From Mizuhopecten yessoensis (taxonomy: Eukaryota), in the NCBI RefSeq assembly GCF_002113885.1, contig NW_018408812.1, forward strand, positions 139,372-203,371: a stretch of 64,000 nt of DNA, given 5' to 3'. Below, in pieces: positions 1 through 13,455 of the stretch. Under the pieces are notes generated by a model. The model was not told where the DNA came from. It did not search any database and was given only the letters and a program-made list of their open reading frames with translations. A program made the position numbers and the translations under genes. The number at the start of each line of letters is the position of its first letter. Positions within the stretch are counted from its first letter, which is position 1.

Positions 1-1855
1 ATTATCAATGCGAGCTATAACCACAGATTTCTACAGAGATAATAACCCCGTTATTATCAATGCGAGCTACAACCACAGATGTCTACAGAAATAATACCCA
101 CGTTATTATCAATGCGAGCTATAACCACAGATTTCTACAGAGATAATAACCACGTTATCATAAATGCGAGCTACAACCAGTGATTTCTACAGAGATAAGA
201 ACCACGTTATTATCAATGCGAGCTACAACAAGTGATGTCTACAGAGATAATAACCACGGTATTATAATTGCAAGATACAACCAGTGATGTCTACAGAGAT
301 AATAACCACGTTATTATAAATGCGAGCTACAACCACAGATGTCTACAGAAATAATAACCACGTTATTATCAATGCGAGCTATAACCACAGATTTCTACAG
401 AGATAATAACCACGTTATTATCAATGCGAGCTACAACAAGTGATGTCTACAGAGATAATAACCACGTTATTATAATTGCAAGATACAACCAGTGATGTCT
501 AAAGAGATGAAAACCCTGTTATTATAAATGCGAGCTACAACCACAGATTTCTACAGAGATAATAACCATGTTATTATCAATGCGAGCTACAACCAGTGAT
601 GTCTACAGAGATAATAACCGCGTTATTATCAATGCGAGCTACAACCACAGATTTCTACAGAGATAATAACCACGTTATTATCAATGCGAGCTACAACCAC
701 AGATTTCTACAAAGATAATAACGACGTTATTATAAATGCGAGCTACAACCAGTGATGTCTACAGAGATGAAAACCCTGTTATTATAAATGCGAGCTACAA
801 CCACAGATGTCTACAGAGATAATAACCCTGTTGTTATAAATGCGAGCTACAACCAGTGATGACTACAGAGATAATTACCACGTTATTATAAATGCGAGCT
901 ACAACCAGTGATGTCTACAGAGATGAAAACCCTGTTATTATAAATGCGAGCTACAACCAGTGATGTTTACAGAGATAATAACCACGTTATTATAAATGCG
1001 AGCTACAACCAGTAATGTCTACAGAGATAATAACCCTGTTATTATAAATGCGAGCTACAACCAGTGATTTTTACAGAGATAATAACCACGTTATTATAAA
1101 TGCGAGCTACAACCAGTGATGTCTAAAGAGATAATAACCCTGTTATTATAAATGCGAGCTACAACCATTGATGTTTACAGAGATAATAACCCTGTTATTA
1201 TAAATGCGAGCTACAACCAGTGATGTCTTCAGAGATAATAACCGCGTTATTATAAATGCGAGCTACAACCAGTGATGTCTTCAGAGATAATAACCGCGTT
1301 ATTATAAATGCGAGCTACAACCAGTGATGACTACAGAGATAATAACCACGTTATTATAAATGAGAGCTACAACCATTGATGTCTACAGAGATAATAACCA
1401 CGTTATTATAAATGCGAGCTACAACCATTGATGTCTACAGAGATAATAACCACGTTATTATAAATGCGGGCTACAACCAGTGATGTCTACAGAGATAATA
1501 ACGACGTTATTATAAATGCTAGCTACAACCAGTGATGTCTACAGAGATAATAACCACGTTATTATAAATGCGAGCTACAACCAGTGATGACTACAGAGAT
1601 AATAACCACGTTATTATAAATGCGAGCTACAACCATTGATGTCTACAGAGATAATAACCACGTTATCATAAATGCGAGCTACAACCAGTGATGTCTATAG
1701 AAATGATTACCACGTTATTATAAATGCGAGCTACAACCAGTGATGTCTACAGAGATAATAACCCCGTTATTATAAATGCGAGCTACAACCAGTGATGTCT
1801 ACAGAGATAATAACGACGTTATTATAAATGCGAGCTACAACCACAGATGTCTAGA
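1..1855. repeat. 52-bp tandem repeat (about 35.5 copies, open at the left edge), downstream of exon 9 of paralog A (probably intron 9)
   Basis: Unit ATTATAAATGCGAGCTACAACCAGTGATGTCTACAGAGATAATAACCACGTT. Unit starts recur at 1, 53, 781 and 1561, so the 52-bp phase is exact with no net indels. Confidence 0.97.
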
Positions 1856-1991
1856 GAGACAGCAAGTTACACAATAATGGTTTTCTCAATGGTCTCTGAT
1901 AAATCGACAGAGAGGCGTCGACGTAAATTGTTCTACAAAGATGGCATGGAATAGTGGAACTATCGATCTTCTCCTTTTTTTTGATACATAC

Positions 1992-2174
1992 AGGATATAC
2001 TTTTTTCTCTTTTGACAAGTAGCGCATGTCTTGGAAATTGAAATCGTAATGTGTATCGGCAGCCAGTGGTTCGAGTTCTCTCCCATTCCGGAAGTGACGT
2101 GTTATCATTTTTTTTCCCAGAAGATGGGAGTGTTGTACCATAGCAAACACGTTGATACCTTCTTTTGGTACACC
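1992..2174 (-). CDS. MOXD1: Paralog A exon 9 (CuM HxH)
   Basis: GVPKEGINVFAMVQHSHLLG...YDFNFQD...VYP, 183 nt. Confidence 0.93.
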
Positions 2175-5100
2175 CTGCAAACAAAAAAGCGATCCCTTTT
2201 TGAATATTTTCCGAGATTTATTATGTATTGCAATTATTTCACCTGAAAAATCAACACATTGTCAATGTCTAATTCCAAGCATTAAGGAAGAAATGCATAT
2301 CTTTTTTAACTGATTATAGATGATAGCCAAAGGACTTTGACTAAATATCATATACATATAATTATGCTGGTTTCAAAAATTACAACAACAATATAATTTT
2401 ATCAATTTTAGATGTTATGGCAAAATAATTATTTCATAAATTATCTAGATAAATGACGTCTTGTTACATGTACCTTCCCGAGAAGTTCCGAAGGACAGAA
2501 TCCTTCGGAGACGAAGGAGGGTTCCATAGGGGGTACAAGTTGTAGTGGTGAAACACCCAATCCGATCTGTAGGAGTCCGGCATCGTGTGTACGGAGCGTC
2601 GGTGTCATGGTGATCCTGATTCCGGAGCTGTCTATAATATCTAGGGAATGGATCAAAATATACGTGTTAGGTTCGGGTATACTACATTTTCCAAATAATT
2701 CTTAGGGTTTCTTCACAGATTCACACATAGCACATGAAGACTATAACATTAATTTCAAATTCATTTTCTAGAAATTATTTATTTCCGTGAGTTTTGAAAT
2801 TTAGACTCTTGTCTTGTTTCATTATCCCTAAAGCCTTTTAAAACATTTTTTGACAATTTGCTTTCATTAGTGTAAGTGATTTGATCCACTTCAATACCTT
2901 TTTGTCTTTATTCACATTTTCCAATATTAACAATATTCGAAATTACATTCAAAATATTTTATGAATGCAAATGAATGCTGAAATTGAGATTTTTCTTTTA
3001 TGTTAAAGATCATGATGAACCTGGTTGTATGTTATTTTGAATAAGCCTTCTTTATAATATTCAGATATGCTCTTGAAATTAAGAAATTCAATAAAAAATG
3101 TTAGTTCTCGAAATGTCGAAGTATATAATTGACGTTGCCTGTTTAATTTGAGAAATAGCTGCCTTATATTCTCTCTATAAATAAAAAATAAAAAATGCAA
3201 CCAAAATAGAACATTTAATTATATGGAGCTGTAATTCATTTTCTATCTAGGTATATTGTGACGTCAACTACCTGATTTAGCCAGTGGGTTATCGAAGTGT
3301 GTCTCCATGACAAAGAAGTCGGGGTCAGCATCCGTCCCGAGGGAGTACCCGGCGGTAGGGGGATAATAGAACGTCTGCCAATAAAAAATAAGAACAGGCA
3401 CTAACATTTAAGATAAAATACAAACATATTTCTTAAAATAACATTCATAAGTTTAGTATGAGTATGAAGGCTAAATTTGCTTTAAACACAAACAGGAATA
3501 GAAAACGTATCTTGCAAGCTTTCGATAACGCTGTTTCATTTGTCAAGCAAGTGTGTAAATGACTGATGTCTGGACCCTAAACTGCTGTAAACAATTCACT
3601 AGGCTACAGTGTGTCTAATCAGTAAAGTCGGCTGTCAAAAATCATAGCAACTTATCGCCCAATAGCAATCCGACTTTCTATGACTTTGTAGGTAACAGAA
3701 TAGACCAATCAACCTGGAAGTTTCTCGATCAGATATTGTGTTGTCCAGGTGTACCTCATATTTGGGCACATTAATTGATGTTTTGGACATTTTGGTAGCG
3801 ATTTGGAGAGGTCTACGGAGGAGAGTAACCTAATTAGAGTACTTCACTTATGAAATCCAATTAATTCATCCCCAAAAACCGATCCATGTAGAAGGTGTTT
3901 TGATAATTTAGCACTTTTGCTCATATGATTGAACTGCATATGTATACCTTAGCATACAATATTCGATGTCATCTATCATCCAAATCTCTCTCCGCTTAAG
4001 ATATTCCATGTTTTGTATGATGACCCAGCCAACCCCAATCTTAACCCCTTTTTAAGTCCACTATGCTTTAGTAGAAATTTTGTTCACCAGATACCAAGGA
4101 GATACGTACCTCTCCCCCAATGGCCCACGCCAATATCACCTTGCTGAGGCACCCACGAAGGGGTTCCGGTACAGTCTCACCTTTTTCACACCGGAAGTGG
4201 GCGCCGTCATAGGAGGCCAATTCCGCAGCACGCTTATCGCATTTAAATATGAGTATGTGGTGAACGTTCAGCTCATTTCCAGGTGTAACTATTGGTTCGA
4301 ACTGAAGGTTAAAATAGGACATAACAAATAATATTAACGTATACACTAATCGCTTTTACAAGTTTCATGAACACAAGTGCTAAAAATTTTAAATATAAAG
4401 TTCAGTTCTATACCTTAAATATATTTAATTATTTCTTAACATTGGAAGTGTGCTGAGCTCTTTACGTACACGAAACCTTAAATCGTACACCTGGTTAAAA
4501 TTTGCTACTTATCATAGCAATCTCCTTATTCGTAATCGACACAGTAAATCACATTAATACCTTGATCATGTGGTGCTTCTTGGTCATTTGTGGCAACTTG
4601 AAGGCTCGACAAAAATAAGTCGTGGTGTCGGACGGAAGGTGGTACTGAGTAGTGACAGAAAAATAATCAGTTTGAACTTTTCGTAAAAAAGAAAGACAAT
4701 CAACGTCGTCTACAGTAATTGTACCGTATGATATAAAAATGTTACATCTAATACACAAAACTAAACAAAAAAGTGTACTATAATCAAACAAGAAAAAACG
4801 CAATGGTCCAGTTACACAAGATAATGTGGCGTCAATCAAGTATTTTTCTGTTCCCATTTCAACATTATTATGAGGTGAGGTCGAATACCTGTGGAAATTG
4901 ACAAAAAGCTTCGAATCCTGTTTAATATAAGGATTATTTTTGGTAAATCATGATTATTTATTGCAGACTCATGATGTCCTTTGTAGGCTAATGACGTTAC
5001 ATCAAAACCGACTGTCATTAACATTGCCCTCGGAGAAAGTACCCATCTTCATCTTTCAAAAGTGCCTTACTGTGTCCTGTGGAAACTGGTGTTTCGAAAG

Positions 5101-8100
5101 GCAACTAGCACATTGTGGAATATTTGACATTGGCTAACAAATCAGACGCCCTTAAGTAGGTCGTTGCAATTCACCTGTTCTCAGCTACATTTGGAACTTT
5201 CCAATTCAGTCAAATTTTAATGAAAGATTTGCTGTGTTTGCTTTATGTAAACTGATTAATCAATAGGCCTTCATCAAATACTACCTTAAAGTGAGCACAT
5301 TTATGATAGTGAACCATCTTTAAAAAAAACTTTGGCATGACTAATAATTCCTTACATTGAAGGAAAAACATTAAATACAGACTATAAGATGAAGATGAAC
5401 AAATGACAAAGAAAAAACCTCTGACGAGAACAGAACAACTGTTAATAGTAATTATAATAGTACGCAGCATTTATATAGCGTCCTATATAACTTGTAAAAT
5501 TACTCTAAGTCGCTTTACATCACACGAATAATAGTATTTTTACAGTGACAGTTATAGATATAGGTGATATAAAATCAGCATTAATATATTAAGTAAGAAG
5601 ACAATAATCTCAATAAGCATATATTAATAAATATGTAAAGGGTGGTGTGTACATGATGTCTGTGCAATGAGTCTAAAAACTGACGTGAAGAAGTGGTTCT
5701 TTATATCCTTATTGTGTTTAGTCAATTGTTTTTTTAACTTTCTGATAGCAGATGATAAGCTATTTAAAAAAATGGCCGGAAACCTCACAAAGCGCCGGTT
5801 TCCATAGGTCACAGTACTAGATGTTTGGACACTCGACAATGATTATGTCTCCCAACGCAGTGATCGTGACGGCTGATACAGGGTAACAAGCTCCTGTAAA
5901 TACTAGGAAGCAGTTTATGCCGTGCCTTGTGTGTTTACACCTAAAATTTGTACTGCAACCTGTATAGATTATTTAATACAAATACCGACACTAATGTGCG
6001 CAGTTAAGAAGCAAGCTTACGTTGTCGTGAAGAAAGTCGTAAGTGATTGTGTCGGAGGGGATATGGACATCGTCAGCTGTCAAGGTCGAAGACAACAGCA
6101 GGACGCTCTTTGTTCCCCGCCTGGTGGCGCCATGGTAGGGGATATAACTCGTCACGTCTTCCGGATTATAGGAGAAGATAATTCTAGTGGTGTCATCCTG
6201 TAAAATATAGTGATGGCATGCTTTTATACAAACACCCGCATACAAAACTGAAACATGTCGTTACAATATATTTGAAATTTCGAACATGTAAATGGCTAAA
6301 AAAGAAAATATCTAGAAATCGATTTGGTGTAGCAGGGATAAAACACATACTTTATATGAATTATGACATTAATATTATTAATTACCGGGGATAAGATATA
6401 TGGGTTTTTTTATAACTGGTGAACGTTTATCTTTATTCAATTGGGATAATATACCTGTTATTTTATATATTTATTATAACATTACATAATTTGCTAACCA
6501 CCTTTCTATCTTTTTTGGCCATGTCTCATGTAGTAACTAGGATAATAGTTCAATGAAGATATAAAAAAAATCTCTTAATAAATACACGTATAATATACGC
6601 ATGGTTTTGCACACGTACCGTAATGACCATGTCGCCAACACTATCACATGTGTTGAGTTTGCGCACAAAGGTGAGGATTGTCCCGGATGCAGTTTCCTTG
6701 CCAGCGATAAGGAACCAGTCTTGTGATTGGTCAACTACTGGTGGAGCATGCTGGGTAGTGTGATAGTCCTGTGAAACAGACAAAATTTGAATTTATAATC
6801 CAGTATAAATCAAAACAGATGATGTAACTATCTAAAGGAAGACAGATGAAAACCGAATAAAAAATACTTGATTTAATTATATGTATTCGAATTGATTTAA
6901 ATTGTTTAATTTTTTCCCCATTTTAAATGATTAAATTCTGTGTACAACAAAAATGCTTCCTAATTACAAATTCAAGTGGATAATTTCGATTTGTTTTCAC
7001 TCCTGACCTTGCTTGTAACTACATATTATTTGTAACATTGCAGTCTAATCGTTCTGATATCATTTTCCCCCAATATTCACAGAACTAATTGTATCTCCTA
7101 ACTTTTTTTTACTGTTCATCGTTACTCTTTTAGTCCTTAGGACATGATTCTCTATCACCCCTTTTGGAAATGTATTCAAAAGGTATTCTCTGGGATTGTT
7201 TATGTCCCGTAAACAAACTTTTGCTCCGTTTCTTATTTTTTTGATTTATTTTTATTATTATTATTATTCTTATTTCTTCCACTTTCTTCCGCCGACGAGT
7301 TTTCCGAAATGTTTTTCGAAAACCGTAAGGCGGAATTCAACGAAACTGTTCATGAGTGTTCGTGTATGACAGGCGGTGCGCAAGAGTATTTTCGTTTTTC
7401 GATCGGTAATCCGACTGGTCAGCCGGACGGTGGCCTCTGATTGGTCGAAATTTAAATATTGTCCGATTTCGATCAAATTTGATATGTAGGTGAATCATGG
7501 GACAACGATCATTCAACCCCCATTTCCTGTTCTGTGATTGGTCAAAACTTAAATATTGTCAAATTTTGATCAAATTTGATCACTCGGCCCCCATTTCCTG
7601 GCCTCTGATTGGTCGAATTTTAAATATTGTCCAAATTTGATCAAAATTAGTATGTAGGTGAATCATAGGACAATGATCACTTCCGTAGTTTAGATTTCAC
7701 ATTTCAACAAAATGACCGCCGTTTTTTTCCTCTGATTGGTCAAAATTTAAATACTGTCCGATTTGGATGCAATTTGGTGCATAGGTGTAGTATGGCACTA
7801 CAAATACAACTGCGGTGTTTGTTTTGTGATTAAACACAATGGCTTCCAATTCATGACCTCTGTTCGATTTTTATGAAAATTGGTACATATGTATATAGGG
7901 GTATAAGGGGACTGTGAATAACCCTGCATATAATTTGTTACCATATAGCAACCACACGGAGGCTTCTGCTTGGTCGAAATTTAGTTATTGTTCGATTTTG
8001 ATGACAATTAGGGGACTGTTAATTCAATCGCACAGGAATCGTTGCCATAGCAACCACACAGACACTTCTGATTGGTTGCGATTCAGATATTATGCGATGT

Positions 8101-10295
8101 CACTCAAATTTAGTATGTATATTGTAAGTGTATTATGGCATTGCGAACCTTTTCTGATGCATCTTTGCGACTATGGGGGTAGTTTGAGGGACATCAGTAA
8201 TGGTCCCCTATTACAATTAGTACTTGTTATTATTATTTAGCCACAAGTATCAATCCTCGGATTAAGGTTTCTTTTCCTTTATTCTTAATTTAGAGAGATA
8301 CATCATTACACCAAGCAATTATAAATATTGTTAAAAAAAGCCATTCTCTTAACTTTCAATCCGCACACACTTTAATATCTCAGAGCTAGAGTATGAAAAA
8401 TGTACTGTGAGGATCACTAAAAGTGCGTGTCATACATATATGATATTACATATTTTTCAATTCTCTGATCAATGGATAAGACAACGAATAGTAATTTATT
8501 ATTGCATAAAATAATTTTGATTTCAGTAGGCTTGACAATGTAACACTCCATCCACGGCGATTACATATATGTTTCACAAAATTACACTTTAACACTTATA
8601 TGAGATGTTCCTGTCTCCCTCATACCTAATTGTGCACGTAATAGCCAATGGTGAAGGTGTTGTCATCATTGGTCTAATCTAGTCTGCACATAAAAGACAT
8701 TATAGGCATACCTTGAAGTAGGTTTGACCATCCTTGACTCCGCCCACGATGACGTCAGCAGGGAACATCTTTCCATTCGGGGAGATTCCAAAACCAATGT
8801 ACCCATGCGTGTTCACGTGTGTCTCAAAGGTCACGTGGGTGGCATTGGTGCTCCAAAATAGCCAGTAGTTACCCTCGGTATCAAGTTGTACATAATGCTC
8901 AAAATGTCGAGTTGGCGTCGGCTTTGATATCTGTAAGATTTGATTGAATTAATACAAACAAAATAAATGTATTATTTCTGAAAGCTATAATGAATAAAAA
9001 TGCGAATAAGTGCTAAATTGTCACCTCATGTCTATATGTGGTTTGAATTGTGAGGTATAATGATTAAATATACGACATTTTATATAGTGCCACATCTAGC
9101 TAGAATTAGCCACACTAAAGCGCTTTACAGTACATACATGTAGATATACAATTTATACAATCAATACAACTAGCATATACATTAATTAATACAATCTTGT
9201 GGAATTCGCAGGAGCTGCCTAATCAGGCGATAACTACTAGTCATATGCCACCTGGCTGATATATTCCTATGTGTGTATGCCTGCGTGTGTGCTGGAGATG
9301 TATTGTGTTTTGTTTGTTGTGGGACTGTGCTTCCAAAGGTATCATTTGTAGTGCCACCTCACTTAATTGCTACAGCACAAATACCGCAGACCATTTTATA
9401 CACTTCCGAGGTTGTTGGAGTTGTGTGGGCACTTTTTCTGACTATTCAATGCGTACAGCGACTTCATTTGCTGATGATTCACAACAAGCTGTGTGTTATC
9501 AGTGTATGGATTGCAGTACCTTTTATAGTGCGTGAATGCAAAATGTCTATGGATCGTTCGATAGTTATGTTGTTGACTATTGAAGATATTGATACGCTAA
9601 ACACACATTTTTATTTTACAGCTTAATTAGTACTATCTTACGCCCATTATGAAACAACTGACATTTAAACAATATGAGGACGTAACATTACCGGCATTTA
9701 CCTAAAGTTGACATGACAGGTTTCATCACTGGAACAGAAGACGCTTATCCGTTCGGAACATCTGGTCGTATTCTCCTTGTTCTTTTGTCAAGTGTCCATA
9801 TTTAAATATCTCCATGGTTTTAATTTCGCCCTAGCTTCATTGATGTTGGGTTCTAATCACGTTTTTGTCTGGTATTTTCTTATTACATTTTTTTCTCGAA
9901 TACTTGGACATAAAAATGAAGTGTGGAATAATAGATTATTAAGTTTGCATACTGTTTGTTGACGTAGATGTATTTTTGTTAATTTTTATGTAATATTATA
10001 ATAGGTATTATAATATGAAAGACGTCAGAAGTCTTCTTCATGTCAAGTTGAAGTAGAGAACTAGCAAAACAAGGAGCAGATACAAAAATAACCGATTTGC
10101 TGAAAGAAATGAGAAATACATCCATTAATAAACAGTCAAAAAACGTATAATGATTCTCACCTGAACAGAACTTGTACTTCTAACCTCCCGCTCCTTAATC
10201 AGCTGGGCAAGCCTGACATCGTCAACGACATCTGTCGAGTGCACCAGACAGAACGTCAGCAATCCTGCAAAAACAGTCAGTTTAAACGTGGCCAT
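1992..10295 (-). CDS. MOXD1: DBH-like monooxygenase (MOXD1-like) paralog A, 3'-partial gene model (exons 1-9, 470 codons in the window)
   Basis: Exons 10295-10161, 8930-8712, 6768-6619, 6197-6021, 4644-4561, 4301-4110, 3374-3272, 2640-2474, 2174-1992, all GT-AG and frame-consistent. Signal peptide, DOMON domain, CuH ligands (NVHHI, METHF) and CuM ligands (QHSH). Possible upstream in-frame ATG at 10301. Confidence 0.93.
2474..2640 (-). CDS. MOXD1: Paralog A exon 8
   Basis: DIIDSSGIRITMTPTLR...EGFCPSELLGK, 167 nt. Confidence 0.92.
3272..3374 (-). CDS. MOXD1: Paralog A exon 7 (third CuH His)
   Basis: TFYYPPTAGYSLGTDADPDFFVMETHFDNPLAKS, 103 nt, phase-1 end. Confidence 0.92.
4110..4301 (-). CDS. 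MOXD1: Paralog A exon 6 (CuH His-His)
   Basis: FEPIVTPGNELNVHHILIFKC...AWAIGGE, 192 nt. Confidence 0.93.
4561..4644 (-). CDS. MOXD1: Paralog A exon 5
   Basis: YHLPSDTTTYFCRAFKLPQMTKKHHMIK, 84 nt. Confidence 0.92.
5450..5930 (-). mobile_element. L2-type LINE 3' fragment (degraded)
   Basis: Minus strand reads YLQELVTLYQPSRSLR...TVTYGNRRF...NSLSSAIR, typical of an L2 ORF2 C-terminus, followed by an L2-like tail TGTAAAGCGAC...GACGCTATATAAAT and TAT repeats. Confidence 0.65.
6021..6197 (-). CDS. MOXD1: Paralog A exon 4
   Basis: DDTTRIIFSYNPED...YHGATRRGTKSVLLL...FLHDN, 177 nt. Confidence 0.93.
6619..6768 (-). CDS. MOXD1: Paralog A exon 3 (DOMON)
   Basis: DYHTTQHAPPVVDQSQDW...RKLNTCDSVGDMVIT, 150 nt. 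Confidence 0.93.
7252..8238 (+). mobile_element. Non-autonomous Helentron/HINE-like element with internal degenerate repeats
   Basis: TTA-repeat flanks; internal repeats of CTGATTGGTCGAAATTTAAATATTGTCCGATTT; subterminal GGGAC...GTCCC hairpin before TACTTGTT. Confidence 0.5.
8712..8930 (-). CDS. MOXD1: Paralog A exon 2 (DOMON)
   Basis: ISKPTPTRHF...GFGISPNGKMFPADVIVGGVKDGQTYFK, 219 nt, AG/GT. Confidence 0.93.
9068..9465 (-). mobile_element. SINE (5'-truncated), same family as 28615-29088
   Basis: Colinear similarity with 28615-29025; L2-like tail TGTAAAGCGCTTTAGTGTGGC. Confidence 0.85.
10161..10295 (-). CDS. MOXD1: Paralog A exon 1 (signal peptide and pro-segment)
   Basis: MATFKLTVFAGLLTFCLVHSTDVVDDVRLAQLIKEREVRSTSSVQ, donor GTGAGA; homologous to exon 1 of B and C. 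Confidence 0.88.
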
Positions 10296-11462
10296 TTCCA
10301 TTCGTCCTCTTTTCGGACTGGTGACTTTTCAAACTAGTACGGGGTTAAAATCTGTTATATAACGCCTGACTGGTATTTCACAACTGCTATCTTTAAACTG
10401 TGTAAACATTGTGAAATAAGACTCCCGTTACTTGGTAGGGTGATAGAGGAACGGTAGGATATTGCTAACATTGACAAACATTTAGGAAAAAGATTTTATT
10501 TAACATAAAAAAATTTAACAACTGTTATTGGTCCCCGATCAGATTTCCATAGGGCTATACCTGTTTTATTTTCTTCATGATTGTTTTTTCTATATGTTCA
10601 CTGATGTACAGTTTTCTTGTCAACCCTTGAATTCCTGTTAGACGTTAAACTGTCGTTACCAATGAATACGTGTTAATAGTATTGATGCAATATCACAGGG
10701 TTTTAAGATACATTTATATTAATAAACTCATAGAAGGCCTATACGAAACAGGACACAGGAAACACTAACCATTACGGGATTCATCATTTGTATGATTTGT
10801 TATGTTACTTTATCATTAAAATCCAATAAAGTTCTTTGGTATTAAAGCTCTTATATTTTTTTTATTTTTTTTTATTTACATTCAAGGTGGCGTTGTCCAT
10901 TTTTTCGACATTGTCTCTACTGATATTCTACTGAATAAGCGTTTATTATTGAAAACAAGCATCTCTCAATAAAAAAAATCTTTTATTGAATCAGACAAAA
11001 ATCGAACAAAAACTAGGTGTTTTCGACCTCTTCTGCATCACATGTGTGACGATATCAGACGTAAATCATTTGTTGAAGGGATACTCTAGATGTCTATTAA
11101 GTGATTTCCTAGCAAGGAGCCGAAAATGACAATACGAAGAGAGTAACACTGCGCAGTATCAGAATATGTCCAATTTTACTTCAATGATTTGACTATGTCC
11201 TTCATTATTTCCAAAACCAACTGCGTGGGTAGTTTTGATAAGTACTGTTAAATATTCGGCCCCCGTTACAAATAGCCTTGTAATTATTGCTGTTTTGATT
11301 AATCGCTCTTCGTGGTTTTTGATACTGGGAAACTATTAATATTTTTGCATAGCAGTAGTTTTAATAATTATCTCATCCCCAATTTTGAAGTTAGAGTTAG
11401 GGTTTCAAGGGTGTAACAAATGGAACATTTCTCTACACCTACTTTGCGGTTTATCTTATCAG

Positions 11463-11594
11463 CCTTGGGTGGTAATCCCTGGTAACTTAGATATCACGAG
11501 GGAATGACCTCTGTAATAAAGTAGCAGTCTAGCAACAGTGGTGTTTAGGAGTTATTCAGTCTTCCTACAGCCGGACACGGTACGTACTCATGTT
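11463..11594 (-). promoter_or_regulatory. Conserved non-coding block upstream of paralog A
   Basis: Reverse complement contains TGAATAACTCCTAAACACCA..GTTGCTAG and CGTGATATCTAAGTTACC, matching the blocks at 13277 and 29785. Confidence 0.7.
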
Positions 11595-12169
11595 TATCTA
11601 GCGTATATTACGAAATGCTGATAATTCTTTGAGTATATATTAAACCAGACTCTCTTTATTTTGCCAAAATTATGCAACAAGTTCTATCATTTTTTGTTTG
11701 CTCAGATATTAGCACGCAGATAGTCGTAGCTGCAGGAATTCGGAGTACACAGAGAAAAGTATTATGGTCACGCTGAATATATTTAAGTTACCCTAAGTTT
11801 TTTAACTGTTCGAGGCCCGATGTATGCTTTCTCTAAGTAAAGAACAATATATCATTTACATTTAAGACATTGTTATCTACATTAATTTAGAGCGGGTCAA
11901 TATGCTTATGTAGGAAGTATTGAAATACATGTAAATGTAATCTGGATTAAAACTACCGTTTTGTTAATTATTTTACCAGTGTTATTTCTTATTGATTTGT
12001 GTCTTCCCCAAAATTTTATTAGAAAGATTTGATCTTTGAAGCAAACTAATCTAAAGTTATCTTCCTTCATTCAATATATTTGTAACAATCCAATTTTAAT
12101 GTTTCCCTGACGAATGTGCATGAAACTTACATATCTAATTTTAACTGTAATAGATTCCTAGAGATGGTA

Positions 12170-12362
12170 GAATCTAAGTCAGTACCGGAACTGGACACAC
12201 AAAGCGCTTTAGTGTAATATGTACAAAATGAGTTCCCGTAAAAAAACTACTTTCGGCCAGTCCCTGTCGAATGCCCCACGTAGGCCTCGAACCTGCGACC
12301 CAGTGGCCGAAGGCTAGTGGTAGCCGAATGTCAGACGCCTTAACCAATTTGCCATCTCTTAC
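12170..12362 (-). mobile_element. tRNA-derived SINE head (V-SINE-like)
   Basis: A box TGGCAAATTGG and B box GGTTCGAGGCC, followed by a degenerate V-domain-like GTAGTTTTTTTACGGGAACTC. Confidence 0.65.
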
Positions 12363-12716
12363 CCTGTTCACCCACTTTGTATCATATACACAATGTAATA
12401 TTAACGTTATAGGTTGAATTCAGGGTTGACGTGACGTTAATGGATTGTTGACGTGGCGTCATTGTAGTGTTGACGTGACGTTATACCATTGTTATGGAAA
12501 GGAAAATCCTGCCGCCTAAACCCTAGGCTGAGATAAGGATATCCCCAACTAGTAAAATTGTGGATACACTTCCCCAGTAGTCCATCCCACATAGGTTCAT
12601 AAGTAACCGCAGTTCGGAAACCTTATTTTTCTTTTTACTAGGAAGAACATACTATACTATTTCAGTTGAAATGTTCAGTATTTCATAGACTAACATTCTA
12701 AAAGGTAACGTCATTT

Positions 12717-12766
12717 ACATCAATGTTAAATCATTATTATCAATGCATCATCATCAGCATCATCAG

Positions 12767-12834
<68 letters not shown>

Positions 12835-12866
12835 ACAACATCAATGTAAAATCATCATTATCAATG

Positions 12867-12910
<44 letters not shown>

Positions 12911-12943
12911 ACATCAATGTAAAATCATTATTATCAATGCATA

Positions 12944-12990
<47 letters not shown>

Positions 12991-13125
12991 TATCTTCATC
13001 AACATCATCATTATCACCATTAGATGCAACCTCAGTAATCATCAATACACCAATCATCCTCATCGTCAATACATCTTCATCACCACTAATACCAAATCAT
13101 CAATGTGTCATCAATGTATCATTTA
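12717..13125. repeat. Compound (CAT)n microsatellite
   Basis: Long CAT runs separated by three copies of CATCAATGTWAAATCATYATTATCAATG. Confidence 0.95.
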
Positions 13126-13276
13126 ATCTTTTAGATAGGAAACACCGACAACGATAATCATGTGTCAATGAGCACAGTCTCATTTAACTAATGCGGGGAA
13201 AACATGTAAAAGCTTGCTAATGTTAATACTATCAAGCGACGTTTTTCAGCTTTTAGATTAAGACAAAGTGAACAAA

Positions 13277-13455
13277 GCCATGTCACGTTACGGTGTGTCT
13301 AGTGATTGAATAACCTTATAAACACCAGCGTTGCTAGCGTAAAACTTCATATGTACACGCGGTCATACACACGTGATATCTAGGTAACCCGTGATCACAA
13401 CCAAGGGTGTTTAGTCTTGTCTCTGGACAAGGGGTGAAGGACGAATGATAAATCT
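13277..13455 (+). promoter_or_regulatory. Conserved non-coding block upstream of paralog B
   Basis: Aligns by eye with 29785-29954 and with the reverse complement of 11463-11594. Confidence 0.72.

Noticed and set aside
1-1855. CRISPR array (regular palindromic repeats)
   Set aside because: Units are contiguous with no unique spacers, there are no cas genes, and the context is a eukaryotic intron
9269-9626. Cys-rich ORFs here and at 28805-29002 that look like a small paralogous gene pair
   Set aside because: Both lie antisense within copies of the same SINE
12723-13157. 144-aa ORF with poly-Ile, poly-His and poly-Ser
   Set aside because: It is the translation of the (CAT)n microsatellite in shifting frames
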